Part shown: positions 23,800 to 33,920 of the stretch, piece by piece
How the letters are laid out: each line of letters begins with the position of its first letter
How positions within the stretch are numbered: the stretch's first letter is position 1
Origin: Minisyncoccota bacterium
Lineage (GTDB): Bacteria; Patescibacteriota; Minisyncoccia; Phycocordibacterales; JBAYGS01
Assembly: GCA_041666545.1 (NCBI GenBank)
Contig: JBAYGS010000001.1
Span: forward strand, 283,942-341,062
Direction: 5' to 3'
DNA length: 57,121 nt
The notes under the pieces: generated by a model
Told to the model about the DNA's origin: nothing
Seen by the model: the letters and a program-made list of their open reading frames with translations, nothing else
The model's database searches: none
Program-made: the position numbers and the translations under genes

Positions 23800-24047
23800 C
23801 CCAATAGAGATTGCTATGGCTACCAACCATAGTCGCCAAGCGAGGAGAAATCCCTAATCTAACTTGCCCGAACATTCTGATGTTTTAGGGTAGTAAGCGT
23901 CCTTAGGCAAAAGCCCGAGGGAAGCTCGGTGGAACCACGGTCTTAGATCGCCCGAGTCTGAAAACATTTTGGGATTAAGGTCCGACCTTTTTCCTGAACC
24001 AAGGTCGGACCTTGAAAATGTTTACAGACTCGGGCTATTTAATTTTT
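23800..24047 (+). promoter_or_regulatory. T-box leader (tRNA-sensing riboswitch) controlling thrS
   Basis: The T-box core CTCGGTGGAACCACGG is at 23925-23940. CCCGAG (23951-23956) can pair either with CTCGG (antiterminator) or within the long terminator. The terminator arms are 23950-23970 and 24014-24035, followed by a T-run at 24036-24047. Confidence 0.65.
23977..24013. repeat. 37-nt palindromic element (13-bp arms AAGGTCCGACCTT, 11-nt loop), copy in the T-box terminator loop
   Basis: Related copies are at 48792-48828 and 51061-51097. Confidence 0.8.
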
Positions 24048-24059
24048 AACAAAATAATT

Positions 24060-25790
24060 ATGAAAAACTTAGAACACATTCGCCACTCTCTCGCCCACCT
24101 TTTGGCAGCAGCCGTTTTGGAACTTCAGCCTGATGCCAAAAATACCATCGGTCCTGCGATTGATAACGGCTTTTATTACGACTTTGAATTCTCCGCTCCA
24201 GTTTCGGATAAAGATTTGCCTAAAATTGAAAAGCGGATGAAGCAAATCCTGAAGACTTGGGATAAAGTCTCACACCAGGAAGTCTCGGAAAAGGAAGCTC
24301 GGGAGCATTTTAAGGCCAATCCTTACAAACTGGAATTGATTGATGAAATCGTTGGCAAAGGCGAGAAAATTACTCTCTACACTTTTGGCAAATTCACCGA
24401 CCTTTGTCGTGGTGGCCATTCGGAATCAGCCAAAGAAATTAAACCGGACTCATTCAAACTTGAACGTGTCGCCGGCGCTTATTGGCGTGGCGATGAGAAG
24501 AATAAAATGCTAACCCGGATTTATGGGCTTGCTTATAACACCAAGGAAGAACTCGACGCCTATGAAGCCCAAAGAGAAGAAGCCAAAAAACGCGACCACA
24601 AAAAACTTGGTAAAGAGCTAGACTTGTTCACCTTTTCCGAACTGGTTGGAGCCGGCCTCCCCCTTTGGACCCCGAAAGGCACCGTCCTTAGAGATATTTT
24701 GGATAGCTTTGTCTGGGAACTCCGAAAAAATCACGGCTACGAACGGGTTGATATTCCCCACATCACCAAAAAAGAACTTTACGAAAAAAGCGGCCATTGG
24801 CAAAAATTCGCCAACGAACTCTTCAAAATTGAGACTCGTGAAGGTCACACTTTCGTCATGAAGCCGATGAACTGCCCCCATCACACACAGATCTACGCTC
24901 GCAAGCCGTGGAGCTACCGGGAATTGCCTCAACGTTATGCCTCAACCACCAAAGTCTACCGCGACGAACAGTCCGGAGAGCTTTCGGGCCTATCGCGCGT
25001 TCGCGCTATCACCCAAGATGATGCCCACGTTTTTTGTCTGCAGTCACAAGTCAAAGATGAAATGAAGAAAATTTGGGAAATTATTGAAGAATTCTACAGC
25101 GCCGCCGGTTTCAAACTCTATCACCGTCTATCTCTTCACGACCCGAAGCAGATGGAAAAATATCTTGGAACCAAAGAAGTTTGGCAGCAATCTGAGCAAG
25201 AACTCCGAGACTTGGTTAAAGAAAAAGGCGTCACCGCAATCGAAGCTTTAGGCGAAGCCGCTTTTTACGGGCCTAAGGTCGACTTTATGGCCAAAGATTC
25301 TCTCGGTCGAGAATGGCAGGTCGCCACAATCCAGCTTGATATGAATTTGCCGGAAAGGTTTGATCTCGACTGCACCAACGAAAAAGGTGAGCGCGAAAGA
25401 ATCGTTATGATTCACTGCGCCATCATGGGCTCGATTGAGAGGTATCTGTCAATCCTGATTGAACACTTTGGCGGAAATTTTCCGCTCTGGCTCTCTCCTG
25501 TCCAAGTCAAAATTATTCCGATTGCGGAAAATCATCACGCTGAAGCTTCGCGAGTTTACGACGAATTTAAATCAGCCGGCATCCGTGCTGAACTGGCGCT
25601 TGATGGCGGTTTTGGTAAAAATGTCCGCGAAGCCAAAGTTCAAAAAATCCCCTACTTCATCATTATCGGCGATAAAGATTTGGAGGCTAAAAAAGTCACT
25701 CTAGAATCACGCGATAAGGGAAACTTAGGCCAAATGAAATCTTCTGAAATTATCGAGAGGCTTCTTCCGGAGATTAAGGGCAAGAAATAG
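24060..25790 (+). CDS. thrS: Threonine--tRNA ligase, short form starting at the editing domain (no TGS domain)
   Basis: HIRHSLAHLLAAAV, class II core and anticodon-binding domain. The track start 24012 lies inside the T-box terminator, so ATG 24060 is preferred. Confidence 0.93.
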   Translation: MKNLEHIRHSLAHLLAAAVLELQPDAKNTIGPAIDNGFYYDFEFSAPVSDKDLPKIEKRMKQILKTWDKVSHQEVSEKEAREHFKANPYKLELIDEIVGKGEKITLYTFGKFTDLCRGGHSESAKEIKPDSFKLERVAGAYWRGDEKNKMLTRIYGLAYNTKEELDAYEAQREEAKKRDHKKLGKELDLFTFSELVGAGLPLWTPKGTVLRDILDSFVWELRKNHGYERVDIPHITKKELYEKSGHWQKFANELFKIETREGHTFVMKPMNCPHHTQIYARKPWSYRELPQRYASTTKVYRDEQSGELSGLSRVRAITQDDAHVFCLQSQVKDEMKKIWEIIEEFYSAAGFKLYHRLSLHDPKQMEKYLGTKEVWQQSEQELRDLVKEKGVTAIEALGEAAFYGPKVDFMAKDSLGREWQVATIQLDMNLPERFDLDCTNEKGERERIVMIHCAIMGSIERYLSILIEHFGGNFPLWLSPVQVKIIPIAENHHAEASRVYDEFKSAGIRAELALDGGFGKNVREAKVQKIPYFIIIGDKDLEAKKVTLESRDKGNLGQMKSSEIIERLLPEIKGKK

Positions 25791-25834
25791 ACTTTTCATT
25801 GCAAATTTTATCAGATGTGTTATAGTCTTTAAGG

Positions 25835-26038
25835 ATGAAAACGAAATCACCATCAAACCTAACTCCTCAAGAGTATATTGATTGGGCGATTTCGGAAAGG
25901 GCCCAAAAGCCCAAGCTGATTCGCTCAAAATTCGATACCGAAGTGGCCAAGCAACACAAGCTCGGCAATATTCCGGATGACCTTTTTGAAAAGTACAAAG
26001 CGGCACTGGCCCAACAGGAAACCGCCATCGAGAGTTGA
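25835..26038 (+). CDS. Small hypothetical protein (67 aa)
   Basis: The promoter is TTGCAA (25799-25804), 16-nt spacer, TATAGT (25821-25826), then 8 nt to the ATG. A terminator follows. Confidence 0.5.
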   Translation: MKTKSPSNLTPQEYIDWAISERAQKPKLIRSKFDTEVAKQHKLGNIPDDLFEKYKAALAQQETAIES

Positions 26039-26050
26039 TGGCGGTTTTTA
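26019..26050. terminator. Bidirectional terminator between convergent ORFs
   Basis: AAACCGCCATC GAGAGTT GATGGCGGTTT TT. Confidence 0.6.
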
Positions 26051-26055
26051 ATATC

Positions 26056-26955
26056 TTATCTTTTCGCTTCTCGATCAAACTTACCGATCATCGAGAGAAT
26101 GCGGCTGTGCATCGTATCACCCCTGGATTTGCTTCTCATCATTTCTTCAGTAATTCCCCTTTTTGCCATCACACCCATAAAAGTCATGAGGGTTTTATGA
26201 TAGATTGCGCCCGCTTGACGGTTATTAAATTGCTCATACGCAATATTTCTAAGTGCCTGAAGTTGACCACGAATTTCATCGAGCAAAACAAACTGGATTG
26301 GATCGTTAACCAAGACTTCTGAAATCGGCTTCCCGGAAGCATGAGCTTCAACATATGCATCGGCCAAGCGTTTGACCGACGGGTAATCTGCGCCCAAAAC
26401 CACCTTAGCCATTTTGAAGTTTCTGAACTTACCCATTGACGGCGAATTAAAATATTTTACTGAAGGAGTAAAACCTTTAGCAATCGACTCCACGGTCTTA
26501 GTCAACTTGGTAGCGATGGTATCTGGTGACATTGTAAAATCTATCGAGAAACCGACATGGCGCCCCTCTGGTTCAGTACCTTTGAGCTCGGCAATAGTGT
26601 CAATACCACGAAAATAATCATCATAAAGCGACGCCAAGATGACTTCGGCATCTTCACCTAACCAATTGGATTCACGAATACAAGTACACAAAAGCGACTC
26701 AACTAATTTTGAGTCTTCGTAAATATCTTTCTCTGTGCCACGCAGTTCGGAAACTTTTGTCGCAATGGCCGCTTCTTTTTCCTGAACAGCTTTAACATCC
26801 TTAATGATATCAACGTCCTCGCAACCAGCCACACCTCTAAAATCAATCGGGTTAGTCCTGGTAGCTTCGAGCTCGGCGACCATTTTTAAGAGTTCAGCTT
26901 TTGATTCGGCTAACGACTCGGAACCTTTCGAAGTCTGACTTTCAAGAGTTTTCAT
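26056..26955 (-). CDS. Hypothetical protein (299 aa)
   Basis: ATG 26955 is preferred. The promoter is TTGACA (26989-26984), 16-nt spacer, TATAAT (26967-26962), then 6 nt to the ATG. Confidence 0.55.
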   Translation of the reverse strand: MKTLESQTSKGSESLAESKAELLKMVAELEATRTNPIDFRGVAGCEDVDIIKDVKAVQEKEAAIATKVSELRGTEKDIYEDSKLVESLLCTCIRESNWLGEDAEVILASLYDDYFRGIDTIAELKGTEPEGRHVGFSIDFTMSPDTIATKLTKTVESIAKGFTPSVKYFNSPSMGKFRNFKMAKVVLGADYPSVKRLADAYVEAHASGKPISEVLVNDPIQFVLLDEIRGQLQALRNIAYEQFNNRQAGAIYHKTLMTFMGVMAKRGITEEMMRSKSRGDTMHSRILSMIGKFDREAKR

Positions 26956-26989
26956 GACCAAATTATACACAATTTATTAATAATGTCAA

Positions 26990-29065
26990 CTAGATATCTA
27001 AAGTCGCGTATTTGGCGTTAGATTGGATGAAAGATTTACGGGCCGGCACGTCGGTACCCATGAGCATGTCGAAGACTTTATCGGCTTCTTGAGCATCGTC
27101 AATTTTAACTTTCTTAAGAATGCGTCTGGCCGGATCCATGGTGGTCTCCCACAATTCTTCAGAGTTCATTTCACCCAAACCTTTATAGCGTTGAATGGTG
27201 ACCTTGGCGGGCCTTTTGGAATCTTTGACATCTTCCTCTGCCTCCGCAACTTCCTCACCTTCGCCAGCTTCAACAACGGCATCTTCCGGAATATCCTTGC
27301 CTAAACTTTTGGTCTTGGCCTCTTCGGAATAGAAGTACAAAAATTCTTTGCCTCTTTTAACTTTGTAAAGTGGCGGCTGGGCGATATAAATAAAGCCTTG
27401 TTCGAGAAGTGGTTTGAAATAGCGATAAAACAAAGTCAAAAGCAAAGTACGGATGTGCTCACCGTCCACATCGGCATCGGTCGCGATAATAATTTTGTGA
27501 TAACGAAGTTTGGCCAAATCAAAAGTGTCGCCAATCGCCGTACCGAGCGCTACCACCAAATTCTTAATTTGTTCTGAAGCCAGCATTTTGTCTAGTCTTG
27601 CCCGCTCAATATTCAAAATCTTACCTCGCAATGGCAGGATGGCCTGAATACGACGGTCGCGCCCAGACTTGGCGGTACCGCCGGCCGAATCTCCTTCCAC
27701 AATAAACAGCTCCGATTCGGAAGCATCCTTGGTCTGACAGTCGGCCAACTTTCCCGGCAAAGTCATGCCTTCGAGCGCGCCTTTTCGGAGAATTGAGTCT
27801 TTGGCCGCTTTCGCCGCCTTTCTGGCTTTCATCGCCAAAATCGATTTGTTGATCATTGAACGGGCATCTTCAGGATTTTCCTCGAGAAAAGCCGAGAAAG
27901 CTTCACCGAAGACTGTGGCCACGGCACTCTGGGCTTCCACGCTACCCAATTTGGCTTTAGTCTGACCTTCAAATTGGATCTCGCGTAGTTTAACTGAAAC
28001 AACCGCAGTAAGACCCTCCAGCACATCGTCACCAGTAAAACTGTCCTCACCATCTTTAATTAGATTATTTTTCTTACCATAAGTGTTCAGGGTTCGAGTG
28101 AGTGCGGTCTTAAAACCGGTAAGATGGGTACCGCCTTCAGGGGTATGGATGTTGTTGGCAAAAGCGATGATTCGGTCGGAAATATCATCAACATATTGCA
28201 AAGCTACTTCAACCGACTCGACCCCGTCAACTTTTTTCTCAATATAAAAAATATTTTTGTGGATCGGCTTCTGAATTTTGTTATAAAACGCCACGAGCGA
28301 CACTAAACCGCCCTCAAAGTAAAAGGTTTGGGACAGCGCCTCGATATTGGCCTCACGGAAATAAAAGACATCTTCTAAATCCAACGAGCCTTGGTAATCA
28401 CGGGCATCAATTACTGAAATCCGGAGCCCGCGCACCAGGTAGGCCTGCTGGCGCATGTGCGAAACCACCCAATTAAAATCAAAAGCAATTCCCTCTTTAA
28501 AAATTTCTTTATCCGGCTCAAAAATCGTAATTGTTCCGTTCTTTTTGGAAGCGCCGAGCCTCTTCACTCTAGCTTTGGCCTTGCCTTGCTTGTACTCTTG
28601 AGCAAACATCCCACCATCACGATGAACGATCACCTTCATGTAAACCGAGAGCGCGTTCACCACCGAAGCACCGACACCATGCAAACCACCAGAAACTTTG
28701 TACCCCTCACCGCCAAATTTACCTCCAGCGTGAAGGGTTGTCATAATTGTCTCTAGAGCAGAAACTTTTGTAGCCTTGTGCATATCAACCGGAATACCTC
28801 GACCGTTGTCAGTCACTCGAATTTGATTGTTCGGCAGAAGTACCACTTCGATATCATTACAAAATCCACCCATCGCCTCATCGCGGGAGTTATCGAAAAT
28901 TTCGGTAATCAAATGATGGAGACCACTTGGGCCAGTAGTACCGATATACATGCCGGGACGCTTGCGGACCGGATCCAAACCTTCAAGGACAGTAATAGAC
29001 GAGGCGTCATAATGGTGCCCCGATCCGTTCTTCTTGTCTTCTTTTTTATCGTTATTTTTAGCCAT
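26990..29065 (-). CDS. gyrB: DNA gyrase subunit B
   Basis: VLEGLDPVRKRPGMYIG, GGLHGVGASVVNALS, EGDSAGG and PLRGKILNIE. Confidence 0.97.
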   Translation of the reverse strand: MAKNNDKKEDKKNGSGHHYDASSITVLEGLDPVRKRPGMYIGTTGPSGLHHLITEIFDNSRDEAMGGFCNDIEVVLLPNNQIRVTDNGRGIPVDMHKATKVSALETIMTTLHAGGKFGGEGYKVSGGLHGVGASVVNALSVYMKVIVHRDGGMFAQEYKQGKAKARVKRLGASKKNGTITIFEPDKEIFKEGIAFDFNWVVSHMRQQAYLVRGLRISVIDARDYQGSLDLEDVFYFREANIEALSQTFYFEGGLVSLVAFYNKIQKPIHKNIFYIEKKVDGVESVEVALQYVDDISDRIIAFANNIHTPEGGTHLTGFKTALTRTLNTYGKKNNLIKDGEDSFTGDDVLEGLTAVVSVKLREIQFEGQTKAKLGSVEAQSAVATVFGEAFSAFLEENPEDARSMINKSILAMKARKAAKAAKDSILRKGALEGMTLPGKLADCQTKDASESELFIVEGDSAGGTAKSGRDRRIQAILPLRGKILNIERARLDKMLASEQIKNLVVALGTAIGDTFDLAKLRYHKIIIATDADVDGEHIRTLLLTLFYRYFKPLLEQGFIYIAQPPLYKVKRGKEFLYFYSEEAKTKSLGKDIPEDAVVEAGEGEEVAEAEEDVKDSKRPAKVTIQRYKGLGEMNSEELWETTMDPARRILKKVKIDDAQEADKVFDMLMGTDVPARKSFIQSNAKYATLDI

Positions 29066-29232
29066 TTAAAAAGAAAAAGAGCCTTTTGAGCTACCCTGAA
29101 ATTATAGCAAAAAACACCCCAAAAAACAACCATTTTTATGTTAAAAAAATGGCTTTGTTAAGCCGTAAAAAGTTATCAACAAGCACAATCTTGATTAACC
29201 GAGACGCTTGCGTGGTTTAGTTATAATATCTG

Positions 29233-29305
29233 AGCCGCCTCCCAGACTTGAACTGGGGACCTTCGCTTTACAAAAGCGTTGCTCTACCAACTGAGCTAAG
29301 GCGGC
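29233..29305 (-). tRNA. tRNA-Thr (anticodon UGU), discriminator U, CCA not encoded
   Basis: Hand-folded cloverleaf. Acceptor stem GCCGCCT/AGGCGGC, D arm GCTC-AGTTGGTA-GAGC. Anticodon arm ACGCT-TTTGTAA-AGCGA, T arm CCCAG-TTCAAGT-CTGGG. Confidence 0.9.
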
Positions 29306-29354
29306 AAGTTATTGCTTCTACCAGACAAAATATACCTGAAAACTGAAAAAACGG

Positions 29355-29750
29355 CTACTTTTTGACGCCGTTTATTTCTTTTTTGTATTCACCAATGCTT
29401 TTCAAATAAACCGAGCTCGCTCCCCTCTTGCCCAAATCGTGACGGCCCTTAATTAAATTGATGAGACTGGAAAACTGGCCCTGCACCTTTTCGGCCCCAA
29501 GTTTGATAAGATGAAAAACATCGTGTGCAGCGTGAGCCAAAAGTAAACTAGCGAATACCAGAGCTTTTTTGAAATCGACGCGCGAAAGCCAATATTTAAT
29601 TCTTAGACCGAGTGCAATCAGTGGTTCATCAAAAGTCCCGCTTAAAGAAGTCAGGAAAGTGGCTCGCCCTCGCTCCAGCTCATAGGAATGCAAACCCAGC
29701 AAAGCCAAAATCCCGAAAAAGGCAATTAGAAATATAATAAAGGAGATCAT
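29355..29750 (-). CDS. Small membrane protein, hypothetical
   Basis: ATG 29750 (MISFIIFLIAFFGILALLGL) lies 10 nt after the tsf stop. The longer track start would overlap tsf. Confidence 0.5.
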   Translation of the reverse strand: MISFIIFLIAFFGILALLGLHSYELERGRATFLTSLSGTFDEPLIALGLRIKYWLSRVDFKKALVFASLLLAHAAHDVFHLIKLGAEKVQGQFSSLINLIKGRHDLGKRGASSVYLKSIGEYKKEINGVKK

Positions 29751-29760
29751 GTTTAGCAAA

Positions 29761-30348
29761 CTATTTTCCCAGCACGGAGAAGCGGGCGAAACGAGCAATC
29801 TCGATTTTCTCACCAAATTTCTGAACTGCCGTCTCCACCAAGTTGCGAATTTTCAAATCTGGATTCTTGATATAGTCCTGTTCCAGTAAAATTTTGTCAG
29901 CAAAATAGGCGTCGAGCTTACCTTGCAAAATTTTCTCGCGCATAGCTTCCGGCTTATTGGCGACTTCAGCAGCAAAAACTTCAGCCACCTTGGCCCGAGC
30001 CTCGGCTGTAATATCTTCTTTCTTAACAAATTCCGGATTTGAGGCGGTCACTTGCATCGCCAAGTCTCTTGCCAAAGTCTTAAATTCTTCATTACCGGAG
30101 ACGAAATCGGTCTCGCAGGATAGCTCCACCATTGCTCCAACCGAGCCGTTGGCGTGAATATAACAAGCAACTGAACCCGAGCCGAGAGTTCGATCTGATT
30201 TTTTGGCCGCGATATCACCGCCCTTCTTTTGAAGAACAATTTTGGCTTTCTCCATATCATCCTTAGCCTCTTCCAAGGCCTTCTTGCACTGCATGATTGA
30301 GACACCGGTCTCGTCACGCAACTTTTTAACTTGTTCAGTGGTAGCCAT
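29761..30348 (-). CDS. tsf: Elongation factor Ts (short form)
   Basis: VKKLRDETGVSIMQCKKALEEA UBA-like N-terminus plus the core domain. Confidence 0.93.
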   Translation of the reverse strand: MATTEQVKKLRDETGVSIMQCKKALEEAKDDMEKAKIVLQKKGGDIAAKKSDRTLGSGSVACYIHANGSVGAMVELSCETDFVSGNEEFKTLARDLAMQVTASNPEFVKKEDITAEARAKVAEVFAAEVANKPEAMREKILQGKLDAYFADKILLEQDYIKNPDLKIRNLVETAVQKFGEKIEIARFARFSVLGK

Positions 30349-30430
30349 AAAATAGATTTAGATTTAAAAAATCAAAATTAAGTCAGACTGCTATATTTTA
30401 GCAAATTAGGAGCCCTGATTACTAGGCCAG

Positions 30431-31144
30431 TTATTCTTTTTTGCTCAAGCGCCCAGCTTCATAGGCGTCAGCGATTTCCTTCACAAAGAAGGCGATGCTC
30501 GCCCTAGCAGTATCATTACCGACGATTGGATAATCAACAAGACTGATATCACAGTCGGAACCGGCCAAGGCAATCACCGGGATATTTTCGTGTTTGGCCT
30601 CCCTAACCGCGATCATTTCCTTCTTCGGATCAATCACAAAAACCGCTTTTGGTTTTTGCTTCATAACAACCAGACCCAGGAAAAATCTCTCCAGTTTCGC
30701 AATTTCTCGGTCAATCAACAGTCGTTCTTTTTTAGTGTACTTGGCAAGCTCGCCTTTCTCTCGCTTGCTAATCAAATCTTCCATCCTCTCGACTCGCTTG
30801 CGAATTTGAGGAAAATTAGTCAGGGTACCGCCAATCCATCGGCCAGCCACATACGGCTGATCCAGGCGCATCGCAGCGTCCTTAATGGCAGTGAGACTCT
30901 CATTTTTGGAGCCGGCAAAAAGGACCATACCACCAGAAGCAGCCACAGTCTTAACAAACTCCTTAGCTTTATCCAGAAGGACACTGGTCTTTTCCAGGTC
31001 AAAAATCTCAACTTTATTCTTGGCGCCAAAAATATATTCGGCGGTCGAAGGGTGTCGTCGGGCTCGGCCCAAACCAAAATGGGCACCGACCTTAAACATG
31101 GCCTCAACTCCTTTATTCATAGTATCTTTTACCGCTTGGGTCAT
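30431..31144 (-). CDS. rpsB: 30S ribosomal protein S2
   Basis: GAHFGLGRARRHPSTAEYIFG..., WIGGTLTNF. Confidence 0.95.
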   Translation of the reverse strand: MTQAVKDTMNKGVEAMFKVGAHFGLGRARRHPSTAEYIFGAKNKVEIFDLEKTSVLLDKAKEFVKTVAASGGMVLFAGSKNESLTAIKDAAMRLDQPYVAGRWIGGTLTNFPQIRKRVERMEDLISKREKGELAKYTKKERLLIDREIAKLERFFLGLVVMKQKPKAVFVIDPKKEMIAVREAKHENIPVIALAGSDCDISLVDYPIVGNDTARASIAFFVKEIADAYEAGRLSKKE

Positions 31145-31152
31145 AGGATGAG

Positions 31153-31181
31153 AGTTTAGCAGATTGGCCCTGCTCTTGCAA
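31153..31181 (-). promoter_or_regulatory. Leaderless-type promoter of rpsB
   Basis: TTGCAA (31181-31176), 17-nt spacer, TAAACT (31158-31153), then 8 nt to ATG 31144. Confidence 0.55.
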
Positions 31182-31264
31182 GGCCAGATTATAAAACATA
31201 AAACTTGAAACCTGGAGCCTAAGAAAAGATTCTCATTTACGTCTCAGGCTTCAAGTTTCAAGCC

Positions 31265-32233
31265 TCAAGCTTCATTCAACTGGCTTTTAGCCTCCAAAGC
31301 GTCCAGAATCGGGCTAATTTCGCCGGCCATGATGGTTTCAATGTTGTGCCAAGATTCTTTAATCCGATGATCAGTAATTCGGTCCTGAAGCACATTGTAA
31401 GTCCTGATTTTTTCGGAACGATCACCGGTGCCAATCTGATTTTTCCTTTCGCTCGCAAATTTTTTGGCCTCTTCTTCGGCTTTCACAACTTCCAGTTTGG
31501 CAATCAAAATCGACATGGCCTTATCACGGTTTTTGGCCTGACTTCTTTCGGAAGTACAGCGCACATCGATGCCTGTCGGCTTGTGAATAAGGCGAACGGC
31601 CGTCTCAACCTTGTTAACATTCTGCCCTCCGGCCCCACCAGAGCGCGAAAATTCCATCTCGATGTCAGCCGGGTTGATTTCGATCTTGGTCTTCTTACGA
31701 ATCGGCAAAATCGCCACAGAGGCGGTCGAAGTATGAACTCGGCCAGATTTTTCCGTTTCCGGCACTCGCTGAATGCGGTGCACACCGGTCTCAAAACGCA
31801 ATCGCCGAAAACAATCTTTGCCCTTAATTTCAAAAACTGCCTCTTTGTAGCCACCGATATCGTTCATTGACTCACTGATGGTGAGAAATGCCCAGCCAAG
31901 CGAATCGGCATAGCCTCGATACATTGAAGACAGGTTTCTGGCGAAAAGCGCCGCTTCGTCTCCACCGGCCCCGGCGCGGATTTCCAAAATCATCTCATTC
32001 GGGAACTCCTCCTCAACTTTTTCTGAATCCAAAATCTCTTTCATTTGAGTAATCAGTCCCATTTTTTGTTCAGCCAAACTATCAAGCTCATCTTTGGCCA
32101 GGTCTTTGAAAGACGGATCTTTTTCGAGCATTTCGTGAACCGACTTCTCTTCAGTCAAAAGCTTCTCATAAGCCGAAGCCAAGTATGAGGTCTTGTTGTT
32201 TTCCTTATAGATTTTTAGATCGAAATTTTCCAT
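31265..32233 (-). CDS. prfA: Peptide chain release factor 1
   Basis: [14 protein letters not shown] (PxT tripeptide type) and [17 protein letters not shown] (GGQ). Confidence 0.92.
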   Translation of the reverse strand: MENFDLKIYKENNKTSYLASAYEKLLTEEKSVHEMLEKDPSFKDLAKDELDSLAEQKMGLITQMKEILDSEKVEEEFPNEMILEIRAGAGGDEAALFARNLSSMYRGYADSLGWAFLTISESMNDIGGYKEAVFEIKGKDCFRRLRFETGVHRIQRVPETEKSGRVHTSTASVAILPIRKKTKIEINPADIEMEFSRSGGAGGQNVNKVETAVRLIHKPTGIDVRCTSERSQAKNRDKAMSILIAKLEVVKAEEEAKKFASERKNQIGTGDRSEKIRTYNVLQDRITDHRIKESWHNIETIMAGEISPILDALEAKSQLNEA

Positions 32234-32300
32234 TTATTTAATTTTAGCCCAACAAGCAAAAACCCGCCTATTCATTATAGCGGGTTTTTGGCTAAAATAG

Positions 32301-32522
32301 TTATTTGGCTCTAGCCACTTTCCCCTTAGCAACCCTAGCTTTGAATCTCTCAAGCCGGCCGGCGGTATCTACTATCTTATCATTACCGGTGTAGAAAGGG
32401 TGGCAGGCGCTACAAATTTCAACTTCAATTTTTTCTTTGGTTGAACCCACAGTAAAAGACTTGCCACAGGCGCAGGTGGCTTTTGCGTTCGGGAAATACT
32501 TTGGATGGATTTCGGCTTTCAT
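32301..32522 (-). CDS. rpmE: 50S ribosomal protein L31 (Zn-ribbon type)
   Basis: MKAEIHPKY...CACG...[13 protein letters not shown] 32522 lies 8 nt after TGcTATATT. Confidence 0.92.
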   Translation of the reverse strand: MKAEIHPKYFPNAKATCACGKSFTVGSTKEKIEVEICSACHPFYTGNDKIVDTAGRLERFKARVAKGKVARAK

Positions 32523-32547
32523 AGGGAGACAATATAGCACTGGGGGG

Positions 32548-33858
32548 CTAGTTTTGCAAGATGTTGATTTGATTCTGGTATTTAGCCGCCAATTCCATCA
32601 CATCATCGCCGTAGAAGGCGTAAGCCTTTTTGGAAGCATTGGCCCAACCGGCCAAGTACCTCAAAGCAGCCAATCTCTCGGCAGCATAAGTTTGTTTGTC
32701 GGCCCCGTTATCCATCATCAGGATGGCCGCCGCCATAAAGGCATCTTCCGGATCCCAAGGATTTGGCGGATTATGCCCGGTTGCCTTAGAAATCCGTTCT
32801 TCGTACAAAACCCAAGTCGAAGGGATAAATTGAGCCGGCCCCATGGCGCCACCATAACCGTACCAGGGCTTTTTGGAAACCGGCATTTTATCGGGATCAA
32901 GACCAAGACGCTTAGTAATATCCAGAAACGGCACGGTGTCTCGGGGAGCTTTCATGTCCACACGCCAATTGCCGGTTCCCACATTTTCTCCCAAGTTAGA
33001 CTCTTCGGCTATAATTCCCAAAATAATTGCCGGCCGGACATTAGTTTTCTTCCCGGCCCGAACTGCCAAATCATAAGCCTTCGCAAACGGAATTGAAGCT
33101 GAACCTTGAAGGGTAAAGAGTTCGGCTCGAATTTGGGCGGCCGAAAGTGCGGTATTTTTTAGCACCTGCTGATATACCGCCTCAACACCGCGCGATTCCT
33201 TCAAAATTTTCTTCTTTTCTGATTCTTGAGCTTCCAATTTCTTTTTTTCCAGATCCTGAATCTGTCGCAGTGAAGTCTCTTCATTTCTCTTGTCCTCCAA
33301 ATTATTTTTCTCCGCCGTGGTCTGATCTTTGGTGTCTCCTATTTCTTGAAAAGATGTTTGAAGTGACTGCTTGATTGAGGCAAAAGCATCCAAATCCTCA
33401 AAAAAACTCGACAGGTTGTCGCTACTCAACACCACTTCCGGCAAAGAGAAGTCGTCAATTTCGTTGGTTTTGCGTAAAAGCTGAGCCAAAGACTCCTTCT
33501 CGCGTCCCAGTTTGGCATCAAGAGAGCTAATTGTACTATTTTTAACCCCAATCTCTTGAGATAACTTTTGGATAGTTAAATCTCGAGCCTTGATACTCAA
33601 TTTCGCCTTATTAATTTGGGCCGTAATAATGGCGACATCTCGCTCCAAAGAAACGCTTTTCTCTTGTTGGGTATTTAAAATCTGCTCTTGTTGTTTGATT
33701 TGGGACTCAAGAACCGACAACTGTTGTTCCAGTTCAGCCCGGCGAGACGCCACGGCCGAGGCCGGGTCTTGGGCAAAAACAGCCGAAGGTTTAAAGCCGA
33801 CGGTCAAAAATGAGAACAGAACCAAAATACCAACTAAATTTCTGATTTTTAAAATCAT
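32548..33858 (-). CDS. Secreted coiled-coil protein with a C-terminal MltB-like lytic transglycosylase domain
   Basis: The signal peptide is followed by a long coiled coil. The catalytic region reads [13 protein letters not shown]...[15 protein letters not shown]. Confidence 0.7.
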   Translation of the reverse strand: MILKIRNLVGILVLFSFLTVGFKPSAVFAQDPASAVASRRAELEQQLSVLESQIKQQEQILNTQQEKSVSLERDVAIITAQINKAKLSIKARDLTIQKLSQEIGVKNSTISSLDAKLGREKESLAQLLRKTNEIDDFSLPEVVLSSDNLSSFFEDLDAFASIKQSLQTSFQEIGDTKDQTTAEKNNLEDKRNEETSLRQIQDLEKKKLEAQESEKKKILKESRGVEAVYQQVLKNTALSAAQIRAELFTLQGSASIPFAKAYDLAVRAGKKTNVRPAIILGIIAEESNLGENVGTGNWRVDMKAPRDTVPFLDITKRLGLDPDKMPVSKKPWYGYGGAMGPAQFIPSTWVLYEERISKATGHNPPNPWDPEDAFMAAAILMMDNGADKQTYAAERLAALRYLAGWANASKKAYAFYGDDVMELAAKYQNQINILQN

Positions 33859-33920
33859 ATGAAAAACCTCTTGTATCCATTATACAAGAGGTTTTCGAAT
33901 CAGTGAAAGATTGCTCCGGT

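Noticed and set aside
24012-24059. N-terminal extension of ThrRS from the track start TTG 24012.
   Set aside because: These 16 codons are the 3' arm and T-run of the T-box terminator and have no counterpart in ThrRS. ATG 24060 begins the conserved editing-domain sequence.
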